A stretch of DNA of 64,000 bases from Octopus vulgaris (GCA_951406725.2 OX597815.1:75640001-75704000); one strand, 5' to 3'. Positions 14,128-28,547 are shown, numbered from the stretch's first letter. Numbers and translations are program-made. The notes: a model not told the origin generated them from the sequence alone.

Positions 14128-15012
14128 TACGTGGTCTGATAAATAAGTATCCGGGCTGTTACCATACTTATGAAACTAATGCACGCAGAGTGAATCTGCT
14201 TGACATAGATTGACCTTGAACTCTGCTGTACATACGCACTAAGTTTGAAAGTTCTAGCTCACTTCCGCTGTTTAAAGTAGTGCTTGGAAGGAAGGTGTGT
14301 AGCGTGTGATCATCGCATTAAACATAACAGAGAAATTTGAGCAGAGAATCTGCAACAAATTTTACCAAAAGCTTGATAATACCTCCTCAGAGGCCTACGC
14401 AAAGTTTTCAAAAAATTTTCATCGTTCTCAACAAATTTACATATTGTGCAACTGAAACCCGAGTGTCCTTTTGGTCAGTTGAAACCTGTTTTGGCACAAA
14501 AATGGCAGAAACGCGTCTGATACCAAAATCTTCAGTGATAATGAACTGAACTGAATCGTAACTAATCTGCACGTCCTCTGATAACTCACGAATGGTGATT
14601 CAAAGATTTCCCCTCACAACTGCATGCGCATCTGCAATGTTTTTTTTTCAATTCTGCTGGTCTCCCAGAACGTTGATCAATATCGACATTTTCCGGCCAT
14701 CTTGGAAACGTCTGAACCACTCGTACACTTGTGTGTGGCTCATAAACTCCTTTCCATACACTTTAAGCAACGTTGCGCAAGCCTCTGAGTAGGTGTCAGC
14801 ATGACAACTTTCTCTGTTATGATCAATGCGACGATAACATGCTACATACCTTCCTTCACAGCACCACTGTAAACATCAGAAGTGAGCTAGAACATTAAAA
14901 TTTAGTGTACATGCACAACAGAGTTCAAGATCAATCTTTGCCGAGCAGCTTCACTCTGCGTGATTTAGCTTCGTTACTATGGCAACAGTCCGGATACTTA
15001 TTGATCCTTGTA
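14128..15012. mobile_element. Mariner-derived foldback element (two inverted 5' ends)
   Basis: ~280-bp inverted arms (14128-14410 vs ~14760-15012), TA at both ends. The minus strand reads SEACATLLKVYGKEFMSHTQVYEWFRRFQDGR..DQRSGRP (mariner HTH); the plus arm reads TEKFEQRIC.KF.QKL. Confidence 0.85.
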
Positions 15013-15116
15013 TCGTCTGTCTGGATATTTTGTTTTCCCTTTTTTGTTTCACCTAACTGTCTGGATGTTTTGCGTTCTTGTCCAATTTTTGTATTATATA
15101 TATATATATATATATA

Positions 15117-15458
15117 CTAGCAGTATCCCCCTTTAGAATTGGAATTTTTGAAAAGTAAAATTTTTGCATTATGTAGCTTGTTATTCTCTTTAAGTGAACA
15201 TTTTTCTGGTTGAAATACACCGAAAAATGGCGACAAAAAATCATGAAAAATAAGGATTTTCATAGAAAAAAAGCACCTTTTTGATGTAAATAATTTTTGG
15301 TGCTAACATAGTCTGATTTGAATTTTTTCTTCTACGGAAGGAAGAGCAAGCCTTCTTCTATCATACTCTCAATTTTGGTCACTTGCGCAGCAGGGTCTCG
15401 GAGGAGATAGTGTTAGTTGAAGGCTACCATACCTGCCATACACAGACAACTTCAGCTT

Positions 15459-15470
<12 letters not shown>
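15117..15470 (-). mobile_element. Probable non-autonomous Helitron-like element
   Basis: Minus strand starts (TA)n-aagctgaagttgtctgtg and ends ..ctgCTAGt, the same ctagcag terminus as the Helitron at 56149; subterminal hairpin not seen. Confidence 0.45.
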
Positions 15471-15542
<72 letters not shown>

Positions 15543-16834
15543 TGTGCGTGTGTGTGTGTGTGTACACCTAGTTTAACCTTGCTGGAACATGCATATAACT
15601 AACGTGTTCCAGATATGGCCCTCCCGTGTTTTTGAAACATAATCTATGTCACCTTCCTTTCAAAGAGAATAGAGCATGGTTTGAGAGATATTTGGTTTCT
15701 ATTTTTAAACAAGTCGTCTAACTGCGTAGTTGCCGCATTTACTCGTTATTTCGTGCCAACAAAATAAATAAAAGCTCTTAATGTGCCGAAACAGTTGCCC
15801 GGTTTTCATTCCCAATTTTTGCAAGTTCACTTCATTTCTGTCTCAATTGTCCGTGGGAATTATAAGCCAGTGTATCACGCTTTCTCATGCTACTCCCACA
15901 GATGTTTGAAAATGTTGTGCCATATAAAATGTCCATATGTGTTCGCATTTAGTATAGACTAGAAGACACAAATACCCATTTTACTCGTTTGCTTAAGCCA
16001 TGAACGTCACAACATACCTTCCCCCACTCTCACCCCCTTTCACTATAAATCTAAAGTCTTGTCTCTAACTATATAATATTTGTCTGGATGTTCGCATCTG
16101 CTTGCATTTTCAGTACAAAACCAAATCTATAACGGTCATCGTTGAAGGGAAGATCTATGAAAATAGTAATGATTAACCATTGATTGATATTAAATTATAT
16201 TAAATGTTTACAAAGCATCGTTATGTTGTTACATCGATACTTTGATATAGCCAAGAGAACGATCGTATAACAACGCTGTCTATTTGACTTGGCTTTTATC
16301 TTCTGAGAGAACAAAAATCGTTTTTGAGGCCAACTAGCTTATTTGGTTGACTAATTCATTAGTTGCTTTTGTTGGTGGTGGAAGGAACAGAAATTTCAGT
16401 GGAGACGGTGATGGTGTTGATGGTGATGGTGTTGATGGTGGTGGTGGTAGACAAAGTGGTGGTAGACTAGGTAGTGGTAGACTAGGTGGTGGGATGGTTG
16501 TGATATTGATTGCGGTAGTGATGGTGATGATGGTGGTAGACTAGGTCGTGTTGTGTTCCAGATGGTTGTGGTCTCGATTGTGGATTTTATCTAGCTGGCG
16601 GTGATGGTGGCAGTGGTTTAGTGTGACGACTATAGTGTTGATAGTGATCGTAGAGATGGTAGTGGAGAAGGTAGTGGCTGTGGTGGAGGTGAAGGTTGTG
16701 GTGGGGGTGAAGGTGGGGGTGAAGGTGGTGGTGGTGGCGGTACTGCTGCTGCTGCTGGTGATGGTGGTGATTTTGGAAGTGGTACAGGAGAAGCAGAAAT
16801 GAAGATAGGAGAGGATTTTGTTTTTATGATTCGT

Positions 16835-16866
<32 letters not shown>

Positions 16867-17099
16867 GGTGGTGGTGGTGGTGGTGGTGGTGGTGGTGGTT
16901 GTGGTGGTGGTGGTTGTTGTTGTTGTTGTTGTGGTGGTGGTGGTGGTGGTGGTGGTGTGTGAAATGGTACTTGATTGAGATATCTTCCGTATTATTTTCA
17001 TACATGACGGCATAAATGGGAACAATAACCCTTTTGAAAGTGGAGGTTCATTGAGATCTCTAGTTAAAATAAACTAAAAAGAATTTTAAAGATAATTAA

Positions 17100-17487
17100 A
17101 AGATATTCTTGCCATATTCGGGGGCAATCTCAAGAGTCAAAAATTCTCCATAAAGAAAAGGCACACTAGTTGTCTGGAAAAAAGACGATAGCCCTAGAAG
17201 TGTTTTTCTATCACATTAGGCGTCATCAGCACAGCAGCCGCCTTATTTCAGCTCCAGCAGAGTCAGATACTTGGACATACAGATAGAGATACAAGGAGAG
17301 AGATGAGGAGAGGGAGAGAGATGAGGAGAGCGAGAGATATGAGGAGAGGGAAAGAGATGAGGAGAAGGAGAGAGAAATAGAGAAAGGAAGAGAGAGAGAG
17401 ATCAATTTTACTCTGGAGAAGGAATCTGTCCGAAACGTTGGATTATCCACTCCCTACGGCAATTTCACTGTATTCAGTCTATCGTTT
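17100..17487 (+). mobile_element. PLE 3' remnant with hammerhead-like motif
   Basis: Degenerate GIY-YIG C-terminal-like text (KILHKEK..ALEVFF), a GA-rich tract, then CTGGAGA-A-GGA(atctg)TCC-GAAA-CGTT at 17413-17439; ends in (TG)n. Confidence 0.55.
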
Positions 17488-17759
17488 CGTGTGTGAGTGT
17501 GTGTGTGTGTGCGCGCGCGCGTGTGTGTGTGTGTGTGTGTGTGAAATAGTCAAACCTGTTTTATTGAAGACAGGATTGTGTCCAAGTTTAATCATTTTTA
17601 TTTAAGATATTTCATTTTACCACATTGGTCTCCTTTACGTATACTCTGAATCCATTAATGTTTGAAAACTTTCTCGAATTCGTCTGAAAGAAAGGATAAA
17701 ATTACTGTGACTAATTTAGTCGCCATCGTTGTATTGTGATGCGAAAGTGACAATAAGCG

Positions 17760-17975
17760 AACGGCACGCGAGCAAAAACGTTAGCACACCGGACGAAATG
17801 CTTAGCAGTATTTCATCTGTCTTTACGTTCTGAGTTCAAATTTCGCCGGAGTCAATTTTGCCTTTCATCCTTTCGGGGTCGATAAATTAAGTACAAGTTG
17901 CGTACTAGGGTCGATTTAATCGACTGGCCCCCTCTCCAAAAATTTCGGGCCGTGTTCCTAGAGTAGAAAAGAATA
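17760..17975 (+). mobile_element. tRNA-type SINE, family A
   Basis: cgttagcacaccggacgaaatgcttagc..ttctgagttcaaatt..gcctttcatcctttcggggtcgataaattaagtac; reverse-complement relative of 21511-21729. Confidence 0.75.
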
Positions 17976-18239
17976 AGCGAAGGGTTACTCCTGCTTCTAC
18001 AACTATCTCTCGCTCTCGCTCTCACTCTCTCTCTCTCTTCTCATCCCCTCCTTAATTCTTTTGTTCCTCTTTTCCTCTCCCTTCTCTTCTCACGTGACCG
18101 ATAGGCCAGACTGCTAGCCCTTTTGCGTATGACCGTGGTCACTGCCACATCGATATTCTTCCCTCTGCCTCATTTCCACACACACCAGCTGAATTCAATT
18201 CGTCCCCAGTCGCAAGACGCCTGTTGTTATGTCCTGTTA

Positions 18240-18312
<73 letters not shown>

Positions 18313-18317
18313 CATTA

Positions 18318-18349
<32 letters not shown>

Positions 18350-18575
18350 GTTATTGTTGTTTAAGTTGTTATTATTATTATCATTATTATTATTATTATT
18401 TTATTCTGTTTTTGTATTTATATTCGTGTAACATCGTCTGTCTTTCCGTCCTTGTTTTTGTATACATTCGATGCTTTTTTCCAAGGAATCTAATGCTCTT
18501 AGCTTAGTTTTTCCTTGGGGCTGGCCAGATTGGAGCAATCTCAAGATTAATCAGCCAAAATTGCGAGGATGATCT

Positions 18576-18745
18576 GGTTCTTGACTGAGGATAAAAGGCT
18601 TCGAATGACCCGTCCTTGTTTTTTGTATTGTCTATCTGGATGTTTTGTTGTCCCTTTTTGTATCATCTAGTTGTTTTTCGTTCTTGTCCCATTTTGTATT
18701 TTATTTTATATATATATATATAGCGGCGTACGTACACTTTGTTCT

Positions 18746-18783
<38 letters not shown>

Positions 18784-18953
18784 AGAACAAAGTGTACGTA
18801 CGCCGCTATATATATATATATAAAATAAAATACAAAATGGGACAAGAACGAAAAACAACTAGATGATACAAAAAGGGACAACAAAACATCCAGATAGACA
18901 ATACAAAAAACAAGGACGGGTCATTCGAAGCCTTTTATCCTCAGTCAAGAACC
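18576..18953. repeat. Spacer-less palindrome, 378 bp, centred on (TA)n
   Basis: ggttcttgactgagg..tagcggcgtacgtacactttgttctctt (18576-18748) is mirrored by aagagaacaaagtgtacgtacgccgcta..cctcagtcaagaacc (18781-18953); no mismatch seen by eye. Confidence 0.92.
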
Positions 18954-18959
18954 GGATAT

Positions 18960-19194
18960 GCCCTAGAAGTGTTTTTCTATCACATTAGGCGTCATCAGCA
19001 CAGCAGCCGCCTTATTTCAGCTCCAGCAGAGTCAGATACTTGGATATACAGATAGAGATACAAGGAGAGAGATGAGGAGAGGGAGAGAGATGAGGAGAGC
19101 GAGAGATATGAGGAGAGGGAAAGAGATGAGGAGAAGGAGAGAGAAATAGAGAAAGGAAGAGAGAGAGAGATCAATTTTACTCTGGAGAAGGAAT
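18960..19194 (+). repeat. Near-identical direct duplication of 17190-17424
   Basis: gccctagaagtgtttttctatcac..ctctggagaaggaat occurs at both sites with about one substitution (ggacatac/ggatatac); this copy stops in the middle of the hammerhead-like motif. Confidence 0.92.
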
Positions 19195-19272
19195 ATGTTT
19201 CGGCACATATATATATGTATATATATCTATACATATATATATATACATACACACACATATATATATATACAT

Positions 19273-19315
<43 letters not shown>

Positions 19316-19316
19316 T

Positions 19317-19396
<80 letters not shown>

Positions 19397-19538
19397 GTAT
19401 GTATATATATGTATACGTATATATATATATATATGTATGTGTGTATGTATATATATATATGTGTGTGTATGTATATATATATATGTATAGATATATATAC
19501 ATATATATATGTGTGTGTGTTTGTATATATATATATCT

Positions 19539-19605
<67 letters not shown>

Positions 19606-19679
19606 CACTTCTTTTCTGTCAGCTGCTAAGTTAATCAACATGTTAAACCAGATTGGACTTTTGATATAAACACCATGAA

Positions 19680-20370
19680 AAAACATTCGGCTATCTTATA
19701 CATATGTACGGCCTCAAGTTTGTACGCTGCATAAATAACTAGAGACAGTGCATGAATTAACTAGAGTAATTTATTTGGATTTAAAAATGTACCAACGCAT
19801 CTTTGGAGAGAAGGTAATAAATTAAGAACTATTAATATCATGATAGATACAGAAGTAAAGATAACAGAATTAGACCAAATACAAACCTATAAATGCTCAG
19901 GAATCAATGAAATGATCATAGTACAATAGACACAAATGAAAGAATATGTTAGAATGGAGTATTAGGCACGTATTAGATTTATATTATAATCAGATGCAAA
20001 AGAAGAATGCAAAAGAAAAATAAGGTAATAGAGATGCATACTCTAGTTGTTCTAGCAATAATGGTATAAACATACACATGAAAATTCTCAGAGAATCAAG
20101 TCTACCGTACTTTAGGATACACGAATTCACACTGGAAAGAATATCAAGATTAATCGGCCGGACTATAATCGAGAGCCACCAGAGAAGGAAGTGCACACAA
20201 ATCATAGTGTCTGTCCCAGTATAGAAAAATTATTTAAAAAATTAAAATCTGAAAATTAAGGTAACCAGAAAGCAGAAACTAGCCTTGTAATAATAAGGTG
20301 TCTCGAGAAACAAAAAAAATATGTACACGACTATATGATCAAAACCCAACGACTACACAACATAAAAAAT
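19680..20370 (+). mobile_element. Highly degraded non-LTR retrotransposon RT remnant (possibly R4/Dong-like)
   Basis: Fragments YLIHMYGLK (like HLLYMDDLK), FG.K.C and TYKCSGINE (like TYKYLGI.E) in the expected order, with frameshifts. Confidence 0.35.
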
Positions 20371-20479
20371 ACTAAACACAAGACAACAATGATGATGATG
20401 GTGGTGGTGGTGGTGGTGGTGGTGACGGTGGTGATATCTTAACAAATTGGAAGTGTTATCATGAACATTTTTTTTATTT

Positions 20480-20934
20480 CTTGGTCTAAAAGATGGGCTA
20501 CAGCAAATATTCTCCTTAATTGCTTGTCAGTTGTTTGAGCTTAACCAGTTGAGCATGTCCCTTAGTAGCTGACGAAATATATGCATCTTTGATCTCGAGC
20601 AGAAGTAGTGGGGGAGCATCATAGCCATGTGTTGAAAGGAATTCTTTGTTGAATTCTTTGGGTTTGGATAATTCACCTTTGGAAACATGAGTGTTTCGTT
20701 CAGCATCCTTAAACAACCCTTATTCAGGGACTTTTTGAGCGGGAAGGGCTACTCGACCTGAAAAAAATTCTAACTGGGCTCCACTTGCAAGGTCATGTAC
20801 TGTTTATCTTGATATGAGTTCACCATGTCGCACAGTGGTGTACCCTTATCAGGCAGGTTATCATGGTGGGTATACTGGGCTTCGTATATTTTACCCCAGT
20901 GTCACTTTGATGGCATGCACTACTCTCTTACTCA

Positions 20935-20975
<41 letters not shown>

Positions 20976-21420
20976 TCAATACCACAGATTTGACCTTAAC
21001 TAGTTGAGCATACATCACCTGTTTGACTATAACTAGTTGAACATATATCCCTTGGTGGCTGACGATATGTGCATCTCTGATCATGAGCAGAAGTAGTGGG
21101 GAAGCATCATAGCTATGTGTTGAGAGGAATTCTTTGGGCTTTGTATAATTCACCTCTGGAAACATGGGTGTTTCGTTCATCATCCTTATTCAGGGACCTT
21201 TTGTGCGCGATGGGCTGCTCAACCTGAAGAAAATTTTAACTGGGCACCACTTGCAAGGTCATGCGCTGTTTGTCTTGATATAAGATCACCAGGTCGAGCA
21301 TATGTAGTTGTGATGCATGTGCCAGATATATCTTTATCAGACGGGTAATCATGAGGATATATTGGGCTTCCTATAATTGTACCTCAGTGTCACTTTGATA
21401 GCATGCGCTGCTATCACTCT
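20480..21420 (+). mobile_element. Two tandem copies of a retroposon 3' end, each with an (AAT)n tail
   Basis: 20540-20935 and 21000-21420 share gagcagaagtagtgggg..cttattcaggga..cttgcaaggtcatg..cagtgtcactttgat; each is followed by (aat)n. Confidence 0.7.
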
Positions 21421-21891
<471 letters not shown>

Positions 21892-24133
21892 CTAAAGTTG
21901 TTTCATAGGTTGACGATCAACTAACTAAAAGCAATGAAAAATTGTGTAAACAACTAACACTCAAAGAATGAAATCTATATTTCAGACGACCTTAAAAACT
22001 AATAGTTATCTTGTTCCACTAATTAAACAGTTAATTATAATTTAAGCGATATGGACTTTTAATATTCAATATGAAGCAATACTTAACATTAAATAAAGTA
22101 TAAACACCCCCTCTTTTTATATTTTATTGACATTTATTGACATTATTTTTTTATTGTTGAGGAGGAGACTATCTGTTTTATCAAATATCTCTTGACTGCG
22201 ACGATTTTGATGAAAGAAAAATCGTCTGCGTTTATCTTAGAGCAGACGACAATAATGAAAGCGAGTAAAGAGTTATCAAGTGACGAGAGAAAATATTTGG
22301 ATATTGCTGTTTCCATGAAAAGGAAAGCAGCTAGCGTATCCGTTTAAAGTTCGTTGATCAACCCTCCTTGTAAATAGAGAGCATCCGATCAACGAAATAT
22401 TATTTTAGTCTGCTCTTTACTCTGTGTGTGTTTTTGTTTGGTCTTTGTTTATTGTTGTTTTTATTTTTTGTCCTTTGTTATTGTTTCTTTTCAAAATTAT
22501 ATATTTGTGACATAATCAATATCTTTTGTTAGTCGTAGTTTTCCTCAGAAAAAGAAAGAAAAAATTAATAAAATCCTGTTTTAATGAATTTCTAAGAAAC
22601 GAAACGAAACAATACAAATTTAATGAGAAAAGCTAATTCTGCGTTCAAAAGGTCGTCAGAGAAGTTTGGTAAAGTCTTGTTTTAATGAAAACTTTGGGTT
22701 CTTTTTGTTGTGTTTGTTGATGCTGTTATTATTTTTTAATAACAAACCGAAGGCTAATTTATGAACTAGCCATTATAGATCCTTAATTGAGAGTCATTGA
22801 TCTAGAACATCAGTTTTAAGATTCTGATGAATTTTAGAAAGTTTATTACCATCTCTTAAGATTTGCAGGTTCGAAAACAAAACCGCAAATGCTTAATTAG
22901 TATCGAACCTAAATAACTCATCCTACATTTCTTCAACCATGATAGATATATTCCCTCTCTGGCTTGAAAATATTAAAAATTTCCTGATGAAAGCCAATCG
23001 AATTTCTTACTGATATAAACTCCGTGATAAAAATTTTAATTATAATATAGACACTCCGCTTAAATCACTTACATGATCTGAAGAATATTTTTGTTTTTAC
23101 TTTAATTTTAACACCTCCTTTGCAATCATAATTCTGTTATATGTTTAATGTGCACGGCTTCAAAGATGGAATTCATTAAGAAATGATAGATAGGATGACT
23201 GCAGTACTGAGTGAAATATAATACCATTTCTCTTGTTTGTTTCTTTTTTGTTGTTGTTTTTTCTGGAAATTGTAATGATTATTTTATAAAGGCTGTCACC
23301 CATGCTCCATTTTCAGGAACTGAATATATTTCATTATTCAAGACACTGAAGTTCGTGCTTTTTGTTGGTGGTATTTGTAGTGCTTTATTATTGCTGAACA
23401 TAGATGGGAAAAGTTTTAAATAAGAAGAGATGTCAAATTCTATTTATAGTTGAATCTCTTAGAAATATAGAGAAAAGTTGAGAATGTGTATTTATCACCT
23501 CGAACGAGAGAAGAAAACATTAGCGAAGTGTTATTCACATTGAGAAGAAAACGATGATTAATTGGTTTAACCATCTGTTAGTAATGACTTACTTCCCTTT
23601 AACTTTGCACCTCTCCCCATTTTCATAATATCCGATTAAATGGCAAGAAACCAAAACTTAGCGGTTAGCTTTCCGTCACAGAACAGTTTTGATTAATGCT
23701 TTAACCCAGGAAAACCGAATGTGTCAAAATATACGGCTAGTGAAGACAAACGGCTCTAGATTGAGATGTAAGAGTACACCATGTGGGGAAATTGTCAACC
23801 TTCCAGAGTCTGAAAGGAAAGTTGAATGAAGCTGCGTGTTCGCTGTCAAAACACATACATTCGAGCTACTGCGTCAGAAAACTTAGGTTGTAATTAATAG
23901 CTAACTTCAGTTCCAATATCTTCTTTAACAAATAAATATTTTGATAAAAGTTATGTATTTTAAAACGTTAGTAGAAGTAAACAAAACCAAAAACGAACAT
24001 ACATTTACATGGCAAGGAGTATAAAGTATAAAGCAAAATTGTATAACGATCTAACACTGTCACTTAATATTATATATGTGTGTATATATATATAGCAATT
24101 GTTTTCTGGAAACAGTAATGATTATTTTATAAA

Positions 24134-24180
<47 letters not shown>

Positions 24181-24433
24181 TTTTGCATTTTACTTGTTTC
24201 AGTCATAAGACTGCAGCCATGCTGGGACGCCGTCCTGAAGAATTATAATCAAACGAATCAACCCCAGTACTTATACTTTTTTTAAGCCTGGTACTTATTC
24301 TATCGATACTCTTTTGTCGAACCAGTAAACACACCAGTACCGGTTGTCGAACGATGGCAAAGGACACACACACACATACACACATATATGTATATGTAAT
24401 AATGTAAAATATATATATATATATATATATATT

Positions 24434-24479
<46 letters not shown>

Positions 24480-24579
24480 CAACGACAGGTTGTAATACAA
24501 ACAAACTTTTAACTGAAGAATTACTCAATATTTTGTTGTAAAGTACATGTGAGATGCTTTTACAGGAAGAAGTACGACA

Positions 24580-24654
24580 GTGACTTTGAAGTTTCGGTTA
24601 GCTAGGCTTCGTCGACATCCGATGAAGGCTAGCAGATCCTAACTTCGAGGTCGC
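24580..24654. repeat. Inverted pair of degenerate hammerhead-like motifs
   Basis: Minus strand cgacgaagcctagctaaccGAAActtcaaagtc; plus strand ccgatgaaggctagcagatcctaacttcgaggtc; abuts (TA)n. Confidence 0.4.
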
Positions 24655-24714
<60 letters not shown>

Positions 24715-25418
24715 GGCAGCCCAATAAATATTCTTAATATATTATAAATTAGGTAAATATTCCAACACAAACCAAACAATTTATGATATCGTTTCAACGG
24801 GCGAGTCACCTTTCGGGTATGGGATTCACTAGTTCTTATAACTGTCATTTTCAAGAAACGTTCAGAAGTTTTTATTTGATATAAATATTATTAAACGCAT
24901 GTGACTAGAAATAATTATGTTATAATATCCTTCTTATTACATATTCACTGTCATGTTAGTATACTAGGAAGATGATAAACCATTCCTATGTTGACTAATA
25001 ATGGTTTCTGATTACGGCACAAGGCTACTAATTTTAAAGAGAGGGATTAGTCAATGCTATGGACTCGAATACTTTACTGGTATTTTATTTTATCGACTCT
25101 GAAGAGATGAAATGCAAATTGACGTCGCGAAGTTTGAACTCAGTGTAAAAAGTTACAAGAAATATCTATCGCAAATCACTTTTTGCAAAGCTCTAACGAT
25201 TTTACTAGCTCTCCGGCCTAATGTTTTTTATAACTGTTTCAAATTTTGGCTCAAGGCCAGCAGTTTTGGCGGGAGAGTCGATTTCATATACTCCGGTACC
25301 TGGCTTTTACGTTATTTTATCGATCTCGAAAGGATAAAAGGTAAAATTGATGTCTGCGAGATTTGAATTCAGCCGGAAGAAATGTTCGACGCACAAAGAA
25401 TTTAGCCTGGTCACTGAT

Positions 25419-25636
25419 AATCCTTTCTACTATAGGCACACGGCCTGAAATTTGGGGGGAGGGGGCTAGTCGATTACATCGACCCAAGTACGTGACTGGT
25501 GCTTATTTCATCGACTGCCAAAGTATGAAAGGCAAACTCGACCTCAGCGGAACTTAAACTCAGAACGTAAGGACGGACGAAAAACCGCTAAGCATTTTGC
25601 CCGGCATTTTAAAGATTCTCCCAGCTCGCCGCCTTA
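25419..25636 (-). mobile_element. tRNA-type SINE, family A (older copies upstream at 25000-25400)
   Basis: Colinear with 21511-21729. Confidence 0.75.
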
Positions 25637-26610
25637 CCTGGTCACTAATAACTATAAGATCAGTTATGTAAAGAAAATTGTGAAATAGCGAAACCATTGC
25701 AATGACAGTTTGATTAAAACCAGGAAGGAGTACCTTTTCAACATCAATCAACTAACAACGAAAAGCAAACCATCTTGAACAAGATTTTAATTTGTAGATA
25801 AAACATAATCTCGAGATAATTCGCTTTTACTTTTACTAAAAATTATATCTGAAGATTTACAATTCTCAATTAAAGAATTTCCTTTTGTTATCCAATAAAT
25901 AATTTTGTTATACAATAAATAATTTTGTGTGGGTAGAGAAATTTTGTTAAAGTTTAGAGTACAATTTATATTTGAAATTATCGTAAGCATGAGAATATTA
26001 AGAGTGACATGCTGAAGATATATTAAAGTGAATATATTTAAATTTACGCAAGACAACTTATCCATAGAGGGTGTAAAGATGAAAACAAATTAACAAATTT
26101 CAGTGTGACATTCCAGTACAGTTTCGTTGTTTTCTGAGGTTTACATGATATAGTGAGAATCTCAACAATAATGTATCTATTCATTCTTAATATAGTCGGG
26201 CAAATTCAAACGTGAATATGATAATTGCATTTGTATTTCATCAGCGGAGAGCATCAATTATATATACATGATGTGTGTTCAAAACACACACTATTCTGTG
26301 GTGTAAGGGGGCTTTAAAGTACACAATAAGGTCGAAACAACGCGGTGTCACAAAACCTCTTACGTCAATGAATTTAGTACGTCATAAACACGTATAGTCT
26401 AAATACAACAGTAAATTTGTATTTATTATGACCGGAATGTCGTCTCAAATTCTGCTTTGATTCCTAGTTGTAATTACTTCCCTTCTCTGACGTCATGGAT
26501 AAATCAACTGAAAACATGAGCGTCAAATCCCTCTTCTTCATATAGATCTATTAACATGTTCGTTATAGGGAAACAGTATCCATCGGCAATATCTATCAAT
26601 TTATCTATCG

Positions 26611-26657
<47 letters not shown>

Positions 26658-26759
26658 GCAGTATTAGTAATATGGATATCTCTTGCAATCGAAGACCCCA
26701 CGGTACTAGCATACGCTTACTGGTGATTTTATGTATTCATAAAAAAAAGAAACCAAACT

Positions 26760-27040
26760 GGCGGTCTGTCAGCTATGACGACGAGAGTTTCAGTTGATTC
26801 GAGCTTACTCGTGAAATTAACGTGAAAGTGGCTGAGCACTCCACAGATACGCGTACCTTTAACGTAGTTCTCGGGGAGGTTTAGCGTGACACGGAATGTA
26901 ACAAGCCTGGTCGTTTGCCAGGGGGGTGGACTAGAGCAAGGTGAAATTAAGTGTCTTGCTCAAGAACACAACGTGCCGCATGGAATCATACGCACACCTT
27001 ATGAACGTGGGCCGAATGCTCTAACCACTAAGCCACGCGC
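26760..27040 (-). mobile_element. tRNA-type SINE, family C
   Basis: Reverse complement of blocks in 34721-35041 (gtggctgagcactccacaga, aacgtagttctc, gtgtcttgctcaag, ctaaccactaagccacgcgc). Confidence 0.7.
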
Positions 27041-28509
27041 TTTATATGTTCATATTGTTTCGAATACAAATAATTCCATCCTTGAGCCATTAGAACGTCC
27101 ATTGTGTAAAAACTGGAAGATAGAAAGAGGGAGGGAGAGAGAGAGAGAGAATGTATGAGCACAAAGTTGATACTTTGTTTATCAACCAGAAAAACTCGAA
27201 GCGCAAAACTGAGATGTGAATTCTGAATGCAAATAGAGAACCGGAACAAATATTACAACCTATTCTGTCCGATGGTCTTGACTTTACATACATACATCGT
27301 AAATTTCGTACTTACACGAAATTTACATTAATTTTTTAGTCTACTTTCAGTTAAGTCACCCATTTTATCAGTAAATGGTAGACTTAATACAGTTCCTTTT
27401 AAACTGGGTTTAAATTAATAATCTCAGTTTTAAAATTATGTGTGCGTGTATATATGTGTGTGTATTTGTGTATGTATGTATTTGTGTATGTATATACGTA
27501 TGTGTATGTATGTATGTATGTATGTATGTATGTATGTATGTATGTATGTATGTATGTATGTATATGTATGTATGTGTGTATGTATTTATTTATGTATGTA
27601 TGAATGCTTATATATTTATGTATGTATGTGTATGTATATGTATGTATATAAATATATGTATATGTATGAATGTTTATGTATGTATGTATAAATATATGTA
27701 TGCGTCTGTGTATAATATACATATGTATGTATAGAGTATATTATATAATATATGTATGTACAAAAATATAATATATATGTATATAGATAGGTAGATTAGA
27801 TTCATACATACACATGCATATATACATTTATATATACGTACATACATATACTTACATATATGCAGGTATTATGAGTGTATATCAATAAATTTAAAGTAAT
27901 TAAACTACAGTCTTAAAACCTTCTGCAGTGAATTGTTAAACAAATGCCAATACATTTGGTTATTCCCTTCCTACACAGAAAATGCGTTCGCAGGCGGGCG
28001 TGCACGCGCACGTGTGTGTGTGTATGTGTGTGTACTTGTGTATGTGATTTCTTACATTGACAAAAGAACACGGATTTGTTGGAGAGAAGATAACCGAAAA
28101 ATAAAATCAACCCTACACGTGATTAACTCCACAGGAGAGAAAGCACAGATGACTTCAATGGAATTTGAATTCATATGTAGGGGAACGGAACTAAATATTA
28201 TGCAGCATCTAGTCCGCTTATCTTTTGTTCCTACTTCACCACCGGATGTGTGCATGTGTGATGCAAAACCCATTTAGAAAGGCATGAATGTTATAAAAAT
28301 CTAATTCCTTTGGCTTAAAAAAAAATTCTGGTTTCACGCCTATGTAAGAAATGGTTGACGGTAAAATAAGAAAAGAAGAAAATGACACAAAAACCTTAAA
28401 AGGTGTTTGTAATGGATTCAACCAAAAACTCAAACAGCAAAACCGCCTCTTCGAATCGCGTGAAACGATGATTACCTTGATAAATTCGTCAGTTCAGAAA
28501 AGCAGATGA

Positions 28510-28547
<38 letters not shown>

